Made by a program: the position numbers and the translations under genes. A stretch of DNA of 64,000 nucleotides from positions 58,592,001 through 58,656,000 of the forward strand of contig CM059432.1 in NCBI GenBank assembly GCA_030390025.1. The letters run 5' to 3'. Shown one piece after another: positions 25,955 to 39,793 of the stretch. This stretch comes from Squalus acanthias (taxonomy: Eukaryota). Position 1 is the stretch's first letter, and every line of letters starts with the position of its first letter. A model generated the notes under the pieces. It made no database searches, had not been told where the DNA came from, and worked only from the letters and a program-made list of their open reading frames with translations.

Positions 25955-26205
25955 AATCGAAATCTGTGTCTGAATTCTCTGCCATGTAGAAATTGGCGTA
26001 GACCAGCTATGACATTTAACCCTGAAATACAAAGAGTCACTTGCTGGAGAATACTTGGAATTCACCTACAAGCAATGTTCCCCCTAAGCTGCGCGGGCGT
26101 GCGATCACGCAGCAATCGGAAGGCACTGCGCAGGCCGCTCACCAGCTGTTCCACTGGAAAATTTTAAGGGACCGCGCACCAAATATAAAAATTAGAGGAA
26201 CATTG

Positions 26206-26840
26206 CCTACAAGGCACAAGTCAGGAGTGTGATGGAATACCCTCCACTTGTCTGGATGAGTACAGCTGCAATGACACTCAAGAAGCTCGACACCATCCAG
26301 AACAAAGCAGTCCACTTGATCGGCAGTCCATCCACCACTTTAAGGATCCACTCCCCCCACCACCGGTGCACAGTGGCTGCAGTGTGTACCATCTACGATA
26401 TGCACTGCAGCAACCTGCCAAAGCTTCTTCAACAGCAACCAACCCCCCCCCCCCCCCAAACCCGTGACCTCTACTACCTATAGGACAAGGGTAGCAGTGC
26501 ATGGGAACACCATCACCTCAAAGATCCTCTCTAAGTCACACACTTAGAAAAACCAACATTGCTGGCAGACAAAGCTCTTGACATCCCTGTACACACCCTT
26601 AGTTGTGCAGGCTGAAGTATTCTGAGCAGCAAAGATAGAAGGGGAACAAAGTGTGGTCACCATCCCAACTTGTACATATATTGCCGTTCTATCATGGTCA
26701 CTGGGTTAAAATCCTTGAGCTCCCTATCTAACAGCACTGTGGGAGCACCTTCATCACATGGACTGCAGCGGTTCAAGAAGAAGGGCAACTGGAGATGGGC
26801 AATAAATGCCGGCCACGCCTACACCCTGAGAATGAAAAAC
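26206..26840 (+). mobile_element. 3' fragment of a second LINE family (CR1/L2 group)
   Basis: YKAQVRSVMEY.PLVWMS.A..TLKKLDTIQNKA..LIG; homologous to 56998-57776 and 44328-44625. Confidence 0.85.
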
Positions 26841-27406
26841 AATGCCTACCACGTTCTCTGGTTATCTCAGAAGGCAGAAAATACCACACTGCTAGAGCAT
26901 TGTGTACCGGCTAAAACTACTGTTCACATATACTTACAGACAAAATAAGACAGAGATGTAGAAAGATTAACAAGGTACTATTCAGTGGAAGTGATAAATT
27001 TTCACTACGTACAAACTGGATTGTCATATTCGATCATGCCCATTATTCTTAAAATGTTCTCAGCAAGTTCTTAGAAATACAGTTCATGATGGTCTGCATA
27101 CAAGATTATTCTTACAGAGCACTAATCCTCACCTTCACATATAAAGGCACAGTCAACAGAAAACTGAAGACCATAAGCTACTCACTGTATTAGTAGGATG
27201 TAATTTCCATTGCAGTTCAAACAATTTATTTGTAGCAGTTAGGCAATCAAACATTCTTAACATCTTAATCAATAATGGGAGAATGGGCTAGGATCTATGT
27301 CGTCTCTCAGTGTTCATACTCTCCCAGTTAGATTGATTTTCAAGCTCCCAAAAGAGAAAATTACATTTTTAGATTACTATCACTATGATGAATTCATACA
27401 AAGTAG

Positions 27407-27423
27407 TCCAGCAGAGGGTGCCA
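27407..27423 (+). promoter_or_regulatory. Candidate CTCF site
   Basis: CCAGCAGAGGGTGC matches the CCASYAGRKGGCRS core except for one C>T, in non-repetitive AT-rich DNA. Confidence 0.35.
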
Positions 27424-28167
27424 TGGAAACAAATAATGGGTTGTGTTTGGGCAACGCAACAGGGATGCAAAACAACAACAAAAAGTTTAGAATAAGAGTT
27501 AATTGCCTGCAGCCAGACATTTGCATGAACCATCCACACACTAACTTTGCCACTCTTAATAGTTACCCTATTTATTATATTAAAAAAATATAGAAAAGAA
27601 TATAGAAATTCCTGTTTTCATCAGATTCCCACCCCCACCCCTTTCATAGTAGAGCTTCTGCATCCAATTCTACAAAACCAAAAATTGCAAATAAGGCACT
27701 TTTAGGCACCAATGTAATTATAAGTCTTAAAGATTTCCCAAGTATTACCATGAGATGCATTACTTTGCAACACTGGCCTCTGGGTATAGCTGCCTATTCA
27801 TTTACTGAAAGGCATTTAATTCAGTGAGACAAAGAATTGAACCCAAGGAGTAGAATGTAATGATGGTTCTTTCACAAATATTGAACTCTACTATAATAAA
27901 AAAAAAGAAAGTGCTGGAAATATACAGAAATCAGCAGCATTTGATCGAGAAAAGATGGGTTAATAGTTCAGATGTGATCCTTAATACCACTACTTGGCAC
28001 TGTTGTTGCTATTGTTCTTATATTTTATTTTTTGTTGCATTTCATTGATGATATAGCCAATAGTTTATAGTAGCAGTTAAGGTAACATGCAGGTGGCATA
28101 CTGTAAATTGCATTGGAAAAGCATTAGTAAAGTAGCTGCCAATTTACAGCATTATTACGATGTATTT

Positions 28168-29240
28168 TCATAGAATCATTTCAACACAGGAGGTTGTTCA
28201 GCCCATTGTGACTTTTCATGTGCTAGCTTCTCAACCCAAGCTATCGGCTCTAATCCCATTTCATTACTCTTTCCCCGTAATTATATTTTTATTTTTCAAG
28301 TATTTAATTACCTCTTCAATGTTTTGATTGACTCAACTTCAAGAGTCACCTGTGATGATGTATTTCATATTCTAATAACACTATGTGTGAAAGAAGTATT
28401 TCAAAGCTCCACCTTTATAATTCTAGTACTAATCCTAAATTCTTTTTTACTGATTGACTGACCAATTAAATTAATCTTTCATTATTTACTTTCACAAACC
28501 CTTTCATAATTTTGAACAATTCTATTAGATCTCCCCACCCCCACCCTTCATTAGGGAATTCTTTTGCAAATATTAAGAACTGGGATTAAATTCCATGGGG
28601 CCATGACTCTGTAGTAACAGAGAGTCATCTATTTGCAAAGTGCAGTTGTCACCACATGGCAAAGTACAACGTAGCCCTGATTTTAACCGAACCTGCCTAG
28701 CGGGAATGGGGCGGGTTCAAGTAGGACCGTTTTACATCCTCCTGGAGCGTAAAACGGGCAATCAACCCAAACCCGTCCGTTCATGCCGGGCAGATTGGGC
28801 TAAAATCGTGCTTTTAACCTCTCGTATAATAGACCAGTTACCCAGATTGTGCTGGGCGCTCTTGGAATGCTGACACTATGGAAGCACATTTTATTATTTT
28901 TCAAGAAATAGTCATCATGTTCTATTGGATACCGACTGCATATCATAGGATATTGAATAGTTACACCCAACAGTCACTCTATTTTAACTGAAACCAAACT
29001 GTTCATTAAATCGTCATTGTATTCCATGCAATGTATTTTTGATAAATGTTACATAGAATTTTACAGCACAGAAACAGGCCATTCAGCCCAACAGGTCTAT
29101 GCTGGTGTTTATGCTCCACCCAACCTCCTCCCACCTTACTTCATCTCACCCTATCAACACATCTTTCTATTCCTTTCTCCCTCATGTACTTATCTAGCTT
29201 TCCCTAAAAGGCACCTAAATGTTCATTCACTATCTCTCCT
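28168..29240 (-). mobile_element. CR1 3'-end fragments (28168-28590, 29050-29240) flanking unique DNA and a small MITE (~28675-28812)
   Basis: ACAGCACAGAAACAGGCCATTCAGCCC-type CR1 3' UTR reverse complement; GCCCTGATTTTAAC...GCTAAAATCGTGC ends. Confidence 0.6.
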
Positions 29241-29568
29241 TTAGTGCTTGTTTACACATCGGGGGGCTATAAATTTGTTAGCCCCCCGAAAATGGGCGTG
29301 GGGATCACGATGCGTGATTAACCCGTGCCCATTGAGTGGAATGCAGGCAGCGTGCCAACTTTGTGCTGCCTGCTAATTATGATATCTGCGTGCAGCCAGC
29401 CCTCCCCGCGCTGTTCATTGGCTGCACGCATCAGCAGGGGGCCCAATATCGTTACTAACTTGCACTACCTAAAGCTAGCCTGCACCTCTTAAAGGGGAGA
29501 TGCATTGTGGCTGCAGCAGGTGCGGGGAGTCATTCTGCAATTGAATTTGACCTGGGAAAGAGAGAAGA

Positions 29569-30222
29569 ATGGCTGACCACAGGAGAAAGTGGGCGCCCAG
29601 GTTTCGGACGCTGTACTGGAGGTCTTGGTGGAGGAGGTGGAAAGGAGAAACGATATCCTGTATCTTCGGGAGGTGGGGGCTGGGTGGGTGGCAGGAGGCC
29701 CTCCAGACACATGATGAGAAGAAAGTGGGAACAGAGAGCTGGAGAGGCCAATGCCAAGAGTGCAGATCCAAGGAGCTGGATGCAGTGCCAAAAGAAGTTG
29801 AATGACCTCATACAAGTGGTCAAGGTCAGTGAATGCATCTTTAAATGCCATATTGTACCAACTGCACCACTAGACTCAGCCACTGCTCAATTCACCACAG
29901 CCCCATCACTCACCTACCAACAATCTCTGTCAATCAGGACTCATACCTAACATTGTAAGCTTCACCTCACCCTCTCACACTTAGCACTGTTGCAAGCCTC
30001 GCACCCACATCTCACAGCTTGCACACACTGGCAGCTATTCAACTATGACAGGCACATCACTTAAACAGATTGCACAACACTCACTGGCACACTTCCCTCC
30101 TTCTTGCAGGAGAAAGTGGTTCACAACCGGAGGCAGCAGGAACTAACTGCATGTTATAACCCCCGTGAAGGAGATGATGCTAGCCATTGTCGGAAGAGCC
30201 ACTGCTGACACCATGGCTTCAG
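29569..30222 (+). pseudogene. Harbinger Myb/SANT gene exons 1-2 (element B)
   Basis: MADHRRKWAPRF..LEVLVEEV..KWEQ..RSWMQCQKKLNDLIQVVK|GTCAGT; exon 2 TTGCAG|EKVVHNRRQQE. Confidence 0.8.
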
Positions 30223-30224
30223 GA

Positions 30225-31029
30225 TGCCAATGATCTGCTCTATCAGATTTTGTGTGGTAGCATGGCTCTCGTCGTATGCCTGCTGTGCACATGTATGGGG
30301 TTGCAAACCGGAGTCACGAGCGATGATCAGGCACGGAGGACTGCCATAGAATGAATGCATCGTGACGGCTGCCAGGATACCGGGCATGATGCACTGCCTG
30401 TGGTCGTACACCAGTTACATGTTGAGGGAGTGGAATCCCTTTCGGTTCAGGTACATGGCAGAGTTGACATGAGGCGCATGCAAAGTAATGTGCGTGCAGT
30501 CAATGGCACGCTGCATCATGGGGAAGCCTGCAATCTTTGCAAACCCTTGTGCTCGCTCCGCCTGCTTCTCTCTTGCAAGTGGGAATGAAATGAAGTTATC
30601 TCTCTTTGCATAGAGAGTCTCAGTGACCTCCCAGTGGTCATTGGCAGTGCATTGCAAACTGCGAGATGTTGCTAATAGCTCCAGCAGCAGCCTGGAAGGA
30701 GCCAGACGTATAAAAGTTCATAGCCACGGTCACCTTCACAGCCATTGGCAATGCGGGCCTCGTCTGCTCTGAGGTTGGAGTTGTGGCTTCAGCAATTAGC
30801 AGATTTCAGTGACGATCTCCTTAGTGAAGCGCAGACGTCTCAAACATTGGTCCTCACTGAAGTTCAGGTAAGAGAAATGCTCCATAAAGACCCTGGGCGG
30901 GTCTGGCCTCCTGCTGAAAGCCCTTCTCCCCCTCCTCCCTCTTCTAGCAGCTTGTCCTGTTATGCATGGCCTCTCCTCATTCTCCCAGTCATGCTCAATT
31001 CCAAGAGAAAGGCCTAGGAGGCCACCCAT
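30225..31029 (-). pseudogene. Harbinger nuclease fragment (element B)
   Basis: MGGLLG..RRPDPPRVF..QCLRRLRFTKEIVTEIC; AIDCTHITL; RKGFHSLNM; IEQIIGIL. Confidence 0.85.
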
Positions 31030-31824
31030 GTCTGGAAGCAACTGGTTTAAGCAGAAGTCTTAGTTACCAAAAAAGAACTTCAGCACCAGCCAGACCACTC
31101 CCTGTAGACTATTGAAACTTTTAACAAGTATGGAAAAGCACCCAAAATGTGTAGAATTGCAGTAACAGCCAGAAGAAATAATACAGCAACTAACCTGTAA
31201 GTAGATCATGATCCCTTTAATTAGTGCTGATGGGGGGTCCTTCATGCCGTTGAATGCGAATTCAGCAGTGAGAGGTTAAGAGAGGGCATAGGCTGGAGCG
31301 TGGAGCTCCAAAATGGCACGCTGATTGATGTCATGATCTGCCTGTTCTGCATACTTCTGGCAGAAGTTTGGTGCGCACGCACTAATCCCTTTACCAATAT
31401 GGCGTCTGGCGCACTTCACATCAGCAGTGTGCACACGCACCACGGACGCCATGTTGGAACCTTAAGGTGCCACATAGCAGTCAAAAAACAGGCATTACCA
31501 AGCCCAATTTCACCTCCATAATTATTAATGTTCCATTAAAAACTTCAAATGAGAACTACATTATGAAAATACACATGAATGGCAGGTTATTACTAAGCTC
31601 CTTAAATTCTCTTCCAAGAAAAATTTGTGTCCATTCATGAATTTAATTAGATTTATTCTGCTCTAATACTGAGGATTCTTGCCCTTTCTTTGGATAACTA
31701 ATTCAGGATCTAATGTGAAATGGTAAAATATTTCAATTTTCCCACCCACTCCCCCACTCCCACACTTTCCACACCAAGTTTGCTCGTAATTGACCTTCAA
31801 TAAGGCCCTATCAGTCTTAACAGA

Positions 31825-31957
31825 CACATTTATAAGGAAAAAATTGCAGGGATATGGAGAAAGAGTAGGGAGTGGAACTAATTGGATAGCTCTTTCAAAA
31901 AGCTAGACAGGCACCATGAGCCAAATGGCCTCCTTCTGTGTTGTAAGATTCTATGAT
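31825..31957 (+). mobile_element. CR1 3' UTR tail
   Basis: GGATAGCTCTTTCAAA...AATGGCCTCCTTCTGTG..GTAAGATTCTATGAT. Confidence 0.7.
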
Positions 31958-32111
31958 TTTCTACCAATTTTCAGAAACAAATTTTAGCAGGGGAGCAAAA
32001 TTCCAAAATCCATCGACATTTTCTACTATTATTGATCTGCAGTTTACTCACATCTTGATTTAGAAAGTTTGCCACTAAACTGAGCAAGTGGAGGTTGGCA
32101 AATCACAAGTT

Positions 32112-32298
32112 GGGGTAATTGTAACTTTCAATGCCTGCTGAAATATGGGTGCTAGTGACTCGGCTGCCTGTTTTATACCTCGCCCAATTTTCTTTTCCAC
32201 TGAAGTCAATGGAAAAAAAAAAACAGGCGAGGTGTAAAACCTGCTGCAGATTCACTCTCACCTGTTTTCCTCCCAGCGACAAAAGTTAAATTTACCCT
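32112..32298. mobile_element. Small palindromic MITE
   Basis: GGGGTAATTGTAACTTT ... AAAGTTAAATTTACCCTC with internal inverted TTTTATACCTCGCC / GGCGAGGTGTAAAA. Confidence 0.55.
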
Positions 32299-33933
32299 CA
32301 TCCCACCTGCTTTTCATGATTTTCCTGACCTATTTGTCCAATCGTGGGCACAGACTGTGAGAGCTTCAATAAAAGTCAGGTTTCATACAAAAAAGCAGAT
32401 AATGGGGCAGCCACTGAAATTTCTGTTTCTGGCCTCATTCCTTCACTATGCCCCATTTAAAATGAGCATCAAAGGCTAGCAGAGTTCTCACTTAACAAGA
32501 AGAGATCCCTCAAAACTCTCTGAGGGAAGAATTTGGATTCGCCAAGAGAATTGCTCGAGTTAACGGCCACTGAAAATGGCCACAGCACTACCAGCCAAAA
32601 CTTCACACTGGGGGTAGGTGTTGTGTAGCGCAGCGCTAACTTACCGTGTAATGTCCGCCTGGTGGCGTTAATGGAGGCCTCCAACCCGTAGTTCCTGAAC
32701 TGGCGTGGCAGCTTCTTACAGCCACTGGGAGCGAGGCTGTGGAGTTCGCAAGGCATTTTGGGCAATCAAAGGGGCTATGAATTAATTCAGAACTAATAAA
32801 AATTACAATGCAGTGAAACAATGCAGCTTTCAGCCCTTACTGCCTTTAAAAAAAAACTTAACATTAAAAAGAAGCCTCAAATGAGATTCTCAGCACTAAA
32901 AGCAAAATTTCCTGCCGAACCTCACAAATTAGGAAAAGTGCTTCAGCACTAACACAAATGGCTTAGCAAGCCAGAGAAGGAGCACCCGGGGTCTCACACG
33001 CAGCACTCCAACTTTGTGCAGGGGGTCAAAACTGCAAGAGATGTCCTCTACCCACAATGGCCAGAAGGCCCTCCAGAAAGAATGATGTGGGACCACATCA
33101 CTGAGGCCGTCACTTGCTCCAGTGTCGCCCCCACCATCTGGCTCCAGTGCCCAAAGAAGCTTCATGACCTCAGGCCACTGGTCAAGGTCAGTGAATGCAT
33201 CTTCAAAAGCCATCTCCTACCAACTGCATCACTAGCCTCACACACTTCTCAATGCATGAATCCCACCCGAATCACTCACCTACCAACAATCTGTACCAAT
33301 CATGAGGCACAGCTCCCATTCCTAGCCTCATCTCACCCCCTTGGAGGAGATGGTGCAGGCCATTCTTGGCAGGGGCATGACTGAGCCCTTGGCCAGCGGC
33401 GGGACTGAAAGGAAACAAGATGCTGGTATCCTCATACGTTAGCCTCCTTCTCGCATGCACCTGTTGCTTTCCTGCCCTCTCCTTACCACAACTCCACCCT
33501 TGTGCCTTCTTCATTTCACACATGCAGGAAATGCTCCATGCCCAGCCAGTGGTTGACCAAGAAGAGAGAGAGGAGAGTGAAGAAGAAGACGATTGATTTG
33601 GCACTCCCAGCCACCAGCTCCTCAAGGTTGACCAGCAAGGCCATTTGCAGTGTCCCTCACTGAGGGCTGGATTTTCTGCCCGGAGGCGGGATGGTGACGG
33701 GTCTGCTGTTTGGCGAGTTATGGTCCCGCTGCCGGTTGCAACCGCCCTGCAATAATGATTTTCCCCAGATAGGCCTCATTAAGGACGCTATGCGCGCTAC
33801 CCGGCCCAATCGGTGGGTGCGGGTCGGCTGATCGCGCTTCATGACGCACTGGGAGCCTCTATATTTAAGGAGGCCATGTCCCCTTTGATTAGTGCTTTCT
33901 TTTTTCTGCTTCCGAATGCTGGTTGCTGCAGGC

Positions 33934-36900
33934 ATGGCAGCGCAATGGACCAAGGCTGCACCCCGGTTTGATGATGACTCCCTCCATGCTCTTGTGGAGG
34001 GAGTAAGAGGATGCAAGGAGGTCCTCTTCCCTGGAGACGGAAGGAGGAAGCCTCCTCAGCACACCAAGGCAGCCTGGCTGCAAATTGCTGAGGAGGTCAG
34101 TGCAAGGTCGGTCTGTACACGCACCTGGGTGCAGTGTAGAAAAAGGTTCAATGATCTGATGCGCTCAGCAAAAGTGAGTATAACATCACACTTACCTTCA
34201 AACTGCTTCCCATCTCTTTTCATCCCCATCACTCTGCATTGGCAACCTACTCCTGCACATCCCAACTCACCCTAACATCCCTTGCACCCTCACCCATCCC
34301 TCTATCTCTATGTACAGAATCACATCACCATCTTACTATACAGCCCTCACGCTCACTCTCACTGTTGTGCAATGACTTTAATCTACATATTGACTGGGCA
34401 AATCAAATTACCACTAATGGTGTGGAGGACGAATTCTTGGAATGCATGCAAGATGGTTTCCTGGATCAGTAGGTAGAGGAACCAACCAGGGAAAAGGCTA
34501 TTTTGGATCTGGTACTGTGTAATGAGAAAGGGCTAATCAATAATCTTGTGGTAAAGAGGCCTTTAGGGACAAGTGACCATAATATGATTGAATTTTACAT
34601 TAAGTTTGAGAGTGATGTAGTCCAATCTGAAACTAAGGTCTTCAATCTAAATAGAGGAAACTACAAGGGTATGAGGGACAAGTTGGCCATGGTAGATTGG
34701 GAGACTACACTAAAAGGTATGAAGGTGGACATACAATGGCTAACATTCAAGGAAATAATGCATAATTTGCAACAAACATATATTCCTCTAGGGCATAAAA
34801 ACCCAAAAGGAAAAGTGATCCAACCATGGCTAACAAAAGAAATTAAAGTTAATATTAAGTCAAAGGAGGAAGCTTATAAAGTTGCCAGAAAAAGCGGTCA
34901 GCCTGAGGATTGGGATCTTTTTAGAAATCAGCAAAGGGGGACCAAGAAATTGATAAAGAAAGGGAAAATGGAATATGAGCACAAACTAGCGAAAAATATA
35001 AAAACGGATTATAAAAGCTTCTATAGGTATGTGAGAAGGAAAAGCCTGGCGAAGGTAGAGACGGGAGAATTTATAATGGGGAATGAGGAAATGGCAGAGA
35101 AATTAAATAAATACTTGGTTTCTGTCTTCACGGAGGAAGACACAAAAACCTCCCAGAAATATGAGAAAACCAAGGGTGTGGCGAGAATGAGGAACCTAAA
35201 GAAATTATTATAGTAAAAATACAGTACTAGCAAAATTAATGGGACTAAAAGTCGATAAATCCCAAGGACCGGATGACCTACATCTTAGGGTTTTGAAAGA
35301 GGTGGCCATTGGGATAGTGGACGCATTGGTTGTCATCTTCCAAAATTCTATAGATTCTGGAACGGTTCCTGCAAATTGGAGGATAGCAAATGTAACCCCG
35401 CTATTTAAGAAAGGAGGGAGAGAGAAAACGGGGAACTACAGACCTGTTAGCCTCACATCAGTAGTTGGGAAAATGCTGGAATCTATTATAAAGGATGCAA
35501 TAACTGAGCACTTAGAAACTAATAGTAAGATTGGGCAGAGTCAACATGGATTTATGAAAGGGAAATCCTGTTTAACAAACCTATTGGAGTTCTTTGAGGA
35601 TGTAACTAGTGGAGTAGACAAAGGGGAACCGGTAGATGTGGTGTATTTGGATTTTCAGAAGGTCCCACACAAGAGGTTGGTGAACAAAATTAGGGCACAT
35701 GGAATTGGGGGTAATATATTAGCATAGATTGAGAATTGGTTAACAGACAGAAAACAAAGAGTAGGGATAAACAGGTCTTTTTCAGGATGGCAGGCTGTAA
35801 CTAGTGGGGTACCGCAAGGATCGGTGCTTGGGCCCCAGCTATTCACAATCTATATCAATGATTTGGATGAGGGGACTAAATGTAACATTTCCAAATTTGC
35901 TGATGATACAAAGCTAGGTGGCAGTGGCAGTCGTGAAGAGGATGTGAAGAGGCTTCAAGGGGATCTCGACAGGCTCAGTGAGTGGGCAAGAACATGGCAG
36001 ATGGAATATAATGTGGATAAATGTGAAGTTATCCACTTTGGTAGAAAAAACAGAAAGGCAGAGTATTGCCTAAATGGTGAAAGATTGGGGAATGCCAATG
36101 CTCAAAGGGACCTGGGTGTCCTTGTACATGAGTCACTGAAAGTGAATGTGCAGGTGCAGCAAGTCATTAGGAAGGCAAATGGTATGCTGGCCTTCATTAC
36201 AAGAGGATTTGAGTACAAGAGTAAAGAAGTCTTACTCCAATTATATAGGGCCTTGGTGAGACCACACCTGGAGTACTGTGTACAATTTTGGTCTCCTTAC
36301 CTAAGGAAGGATATACTTGCCATAGAGGGAGTGCAACGAAGGTTCACAAGATTGATTCCTGGGATGGTAGGACTGTCATATGAGAAGAGATTGAGTAAAC
36401 TAGGCCTGTATTCTCTTGAATTCAGAAGAATGAGAGGGGATCTCATTGAAGCATACAAAATTATTACAGGGCTTGATAGGGTGATGCTGGGAGAATGTTT
36501 CCCTTGGCTGGGGAGTCTAGAACCAGGGGCCACAGCCTCAGGATAAAGGGTAGGCCATTCAAGACTGAGATGAGAAGAAATTTCTTCACACAGAGGGTGG
36601 TTAATCTTTGGAATTCTCTACCCCAGAGGGCTGTGGAGGCTCAGTCATTGGGTATATTCAGAACAGAAGTCGATAGATTTCTGACTAGTAAGGGCATCAA
36701 GGGATATGGCGATAGGGCCGGTGAATGGAGTTGAGGCAGAAAATCAGCCATGATCTCATTGAATGGCGGAGCAGGCTCGAAGGGCCATATGGCCTACTCC
36801 TGCTCCTATTTCTTATGTTCTTATGACAACAACTAATGCACAGGGAGGGACCTTGGCATTGGCACCTCACTCCATCATTGTCTCCCTCTAAGCATCTATG

Positions 36901-38258
36901 TTATCCATTCTTTACACTCAGTCCATCAATCCCTCTGAAACTCCACTTGTGTCCCTCATTGCAGGAAAAGAGAGCCCACAATAAGAGGGAGAGAGGGAGG
37001 ACAGGAGGAGACTCACCATCCGTGGCGCTTCTAACGAACGCTGAGGAGGCTGCTCTGGAGATCATTGGAGGTGCAGAGGAGCTGGAAGTGGGGGACGGAG
37101 AGATGGGCGCAGTAGAGCAAGCTGGTGACAGAATTGATTTTCAACCCTCTGATTTTGCATTCATGAGTGACTCATATGGGATCTGATGTTCATAGAAATT
37201 GAGTTCTGATCATCTGCACAATGGGATGTGTCTGCAACCTACATATCACATATCTAACTCATGCCTTTACTCCCCCACAGGACCATCGAGAGCCCCCCTC
37301 CCCACTGTCTAGGAGGAAGAGCAGAAGGACTCCTCAGAGGAACCTCCAGCCTCTGAGGGAGCAGCGTCAGCAGAAATGAGCGCAGCCAGCACCAGCGCAG
37401 AGACGCACACCTCAGTGGTTCGTTTGCGAGATAAAGTAGTGTTGTCACCTGGTGTATCACAGCTCACAAGTGAGCAGGAGCAGATGGTGGAGACAGGGAC
37501 AGCAGTGGAGATTCCTTGTCGGAGGCCGCTGGATACTCCTAGCTCTGCTCAGCTGCATGTAGACGCTGACCTTCTGGGGCCATCCAGAAAGAGAGCGGTG
37601 CTGGAGCTTCAGGAACAAGTGCAGGAGGCTCTGATAGAGTTTGCAACCATGGTAACTGCGAGTATGCAGAGAATGGAGGAGTCCATGTCAAACATGACCA
37701 ATGCCGTGGTGCACGCAATGGCGAATGTAGGTGCCGCCATGGAAAGGATGGCAACCTCCATGGAGGACATAAATCGCCAGACACAAACCAACATGGTGAC
37801 TCTTCTAAATAGATGGTCAGCTATGGAGCATTTATCATGGAGAGGAACCAGAGGTACATGGATGTATAGAGACAGGTCCACATGGCCCCACTGATGTGCA
37901 GCAAGGTGCTCCCCAGCTACTTGCTAGCAGTGAAGTGCGGGTGACCCATGAGAGGGATGGTGGTGGTCGAGAACAAGGAAGGCTCCTCTCCAAGCACTCA
38001 CACTCCCATGCCACTGCCGAGCCCTCGGTCAGAGCCCCAGATGCCTCACCCAACAGAGATGGCCGTCTCTGACCCTGCACAACCGCAGGAGGAGCAGACT
38101 TTGGCAGAGCCCTCCAAGGCTCCCAAACCCAGAGGACAACCACCAAAGGCATCTAAGCAGGCGCAGCAGTGAAGTGAGCACGCTGCCTCTACATCTGTTG
38201 AAGCCACAGGGGAAGCACCACGTAGAAGCATGCATAAGAGAAAGCTAAAACACAAATA
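33934..38258 (+). pseudogene. Harbinger Myb/SANT gene of element D: exons 33934-34173, 36965-37124, 37281-38258
   Basis: MAAQWTKAAPRFDDDSLHALVEGV..WLQIAEEVS..RTWVQCRKRFNDL; exons 1-2 open and in phase; exon 3 frameshifted; basic C-terminus RRSMHKRKLKHK*. Confidence 0.9.
34371..36824 (+). mobile_element. CR1 LINE (end of endonuclease domain through 3' tail) in intron 1 of the element D Myb gene
   Basis: DFNLHIDW, LDLVLCN, GTSDHN, NYRPVSLTS, PQGSVLGP, KFADDTK, (TTCTTATG)2 tail. Confidence 0.95.
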
Positions 38259-38545
38259 GTCACAAGGGTAGTCACTTGGGTGTTTTCATATAATCCAAAG
38301 TTACGTTTGTGATCTTTATTTCTATTGTATTAAAGTAATGCGATGTCAATGATTCAATGCGTTGCCCTATGTGTGCTCAGAATTGGAAGTGGCACAGTGA
38401 GCTGTGAGGGCGCCTTTCATCTGCAGTGATGGTGGGGAGAGTGATAGGAATGCACAGTTCATTGTTCAGATGCTGTATGGTGTGGAGTGGAGGTCCTGCC
38501 AACCCTCATGTGCATGTGCCAGCCACATGTCTGTGTTGCGTAAAG

Positions 38546-39793
38546 TTACGCGAATCTGGTATGGATTAGTCTATCCCTTGCCTCACGGCCAGAAATGTGC
38601 TCACCTGCTGGTAGCACAGGGACAACCGCCTCCGCCAGGTGTTCCTCATCTGCAGCCTCATTCGGCTCTTCCTCCTCCTCCTCCTCCTCTGAGGAGGAGG
38701 CTGTGTGCTGAGCCACTTGTTCCTCAGGCAGCAGTAAGCCATGTTGCTGTGTGATGTTGTGCAGGGCACAGCAGACCACAATGATTCTGGACACCCTGGC
38801 TGGTGTATACTGTAGGGCTCCACCAGATCTGTCCAGGCATCTGAAGCGCTTTTTCAGCAAGCTGATGGTTTGCTCTATGATGCTTCTGGTGGAAATGTGG
38901 CTCACATTGTATCGCTCCTCAGCCTCGTTTGATGGCCTCCCCATCGGTGTCATTAGCCACGTCTTCAGGGGATAGCCCTTGTATCCAAGTAGCCATCTGG
39001 AAAGTTGGGTTGGCGGATTGAAGAGCTGAGGCACAGTGGACTGCCGCAGGATGTACGAGTCATAGCAGCTGCCAGGGAACTTTGCGCACATATGCATAAT
39101 GTTCTTCCTGTGGTTACACACCAGCTGAATGTTAAGGGAGTGGAAGCCCTTGCAGTTCACAAATACAGCTGGGTTGTGATGGGGTGCCCTGATGGCCCCA
39201 TGTGTACAGTCGATGACACCCTGCACCCTTGGGAAGCCTGCCAGATTGGCAAACCCAACCGCCCGCGTGGTAACACTTGCTTCATCCGTTGAGAAGTGGA
39301 TGTAATTGGTCGACTTGGCAAACAGGCCATCGGTAACTTGCGTTATGCATCTGTGTGCGGCCGACTGGGAGATGCTGCTGATGTCTGCAGCTGATCCCTG
39401 GAAGGACCCTGACGCAATAAAGTTGAGGGCGGTGGTGACTTTGACAGCCACTGGTAAGGAGTGTCCACCCGCTCCTCTGGGCTGCAGGTCTTGGTGCAGC
39501 ATTGCGCAGATGTCAGCGACTACCTCTCGCGAAAGTCTCAGCCTCCTTTGACACTGCTGCTCAGTCATGTTGAGGAAGCTCATGCTCTGCCTGTAAACCC
39601 TGTGTTGGGGGTATCTCCTGTGGTGACGTGCAGCCCTGCGCTGACGCCCTCTGCCCTGTGCAGCATTAGGTGGCTGAGGAGAAGGTTGGCGCTCTTGTTG
39701 TTGGTGCTGCTGGTGTGCCTGGTTCTGCTGCTGCTGTGCCTGCTCGACCTCTGAATCTGAGGACTAGGATGAGAGAGTATAAATGGTTCCCAT
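38546..39793 (-). pseudogene. Harbinger DDE nuclease (HARBI1-like) of element D, 415 codons with one early stop
   Basis: ATG at 39793, in-frame TAG at 39766-39764, then open to 38546: [59 protein letters not shown]. Confidence 0.93.

Larger units (their letters stand above)
29261..31517. mobile_element. Harbinger element B, internally deleted (junction ~30222)
   Basis: GGG-starting left end, right end CCAATTTCACCTCC; Myb 5' half fused directly to the nuclease 5' two-thirds. Confidence 0.85.

Noticed and set aside
38546..39583. Host HARBI1 gene
   Set aside because: Lies inside a TIR/TSD-bounded transposon with a Myb partner, has an upstream stop and a mutated catalytic motif
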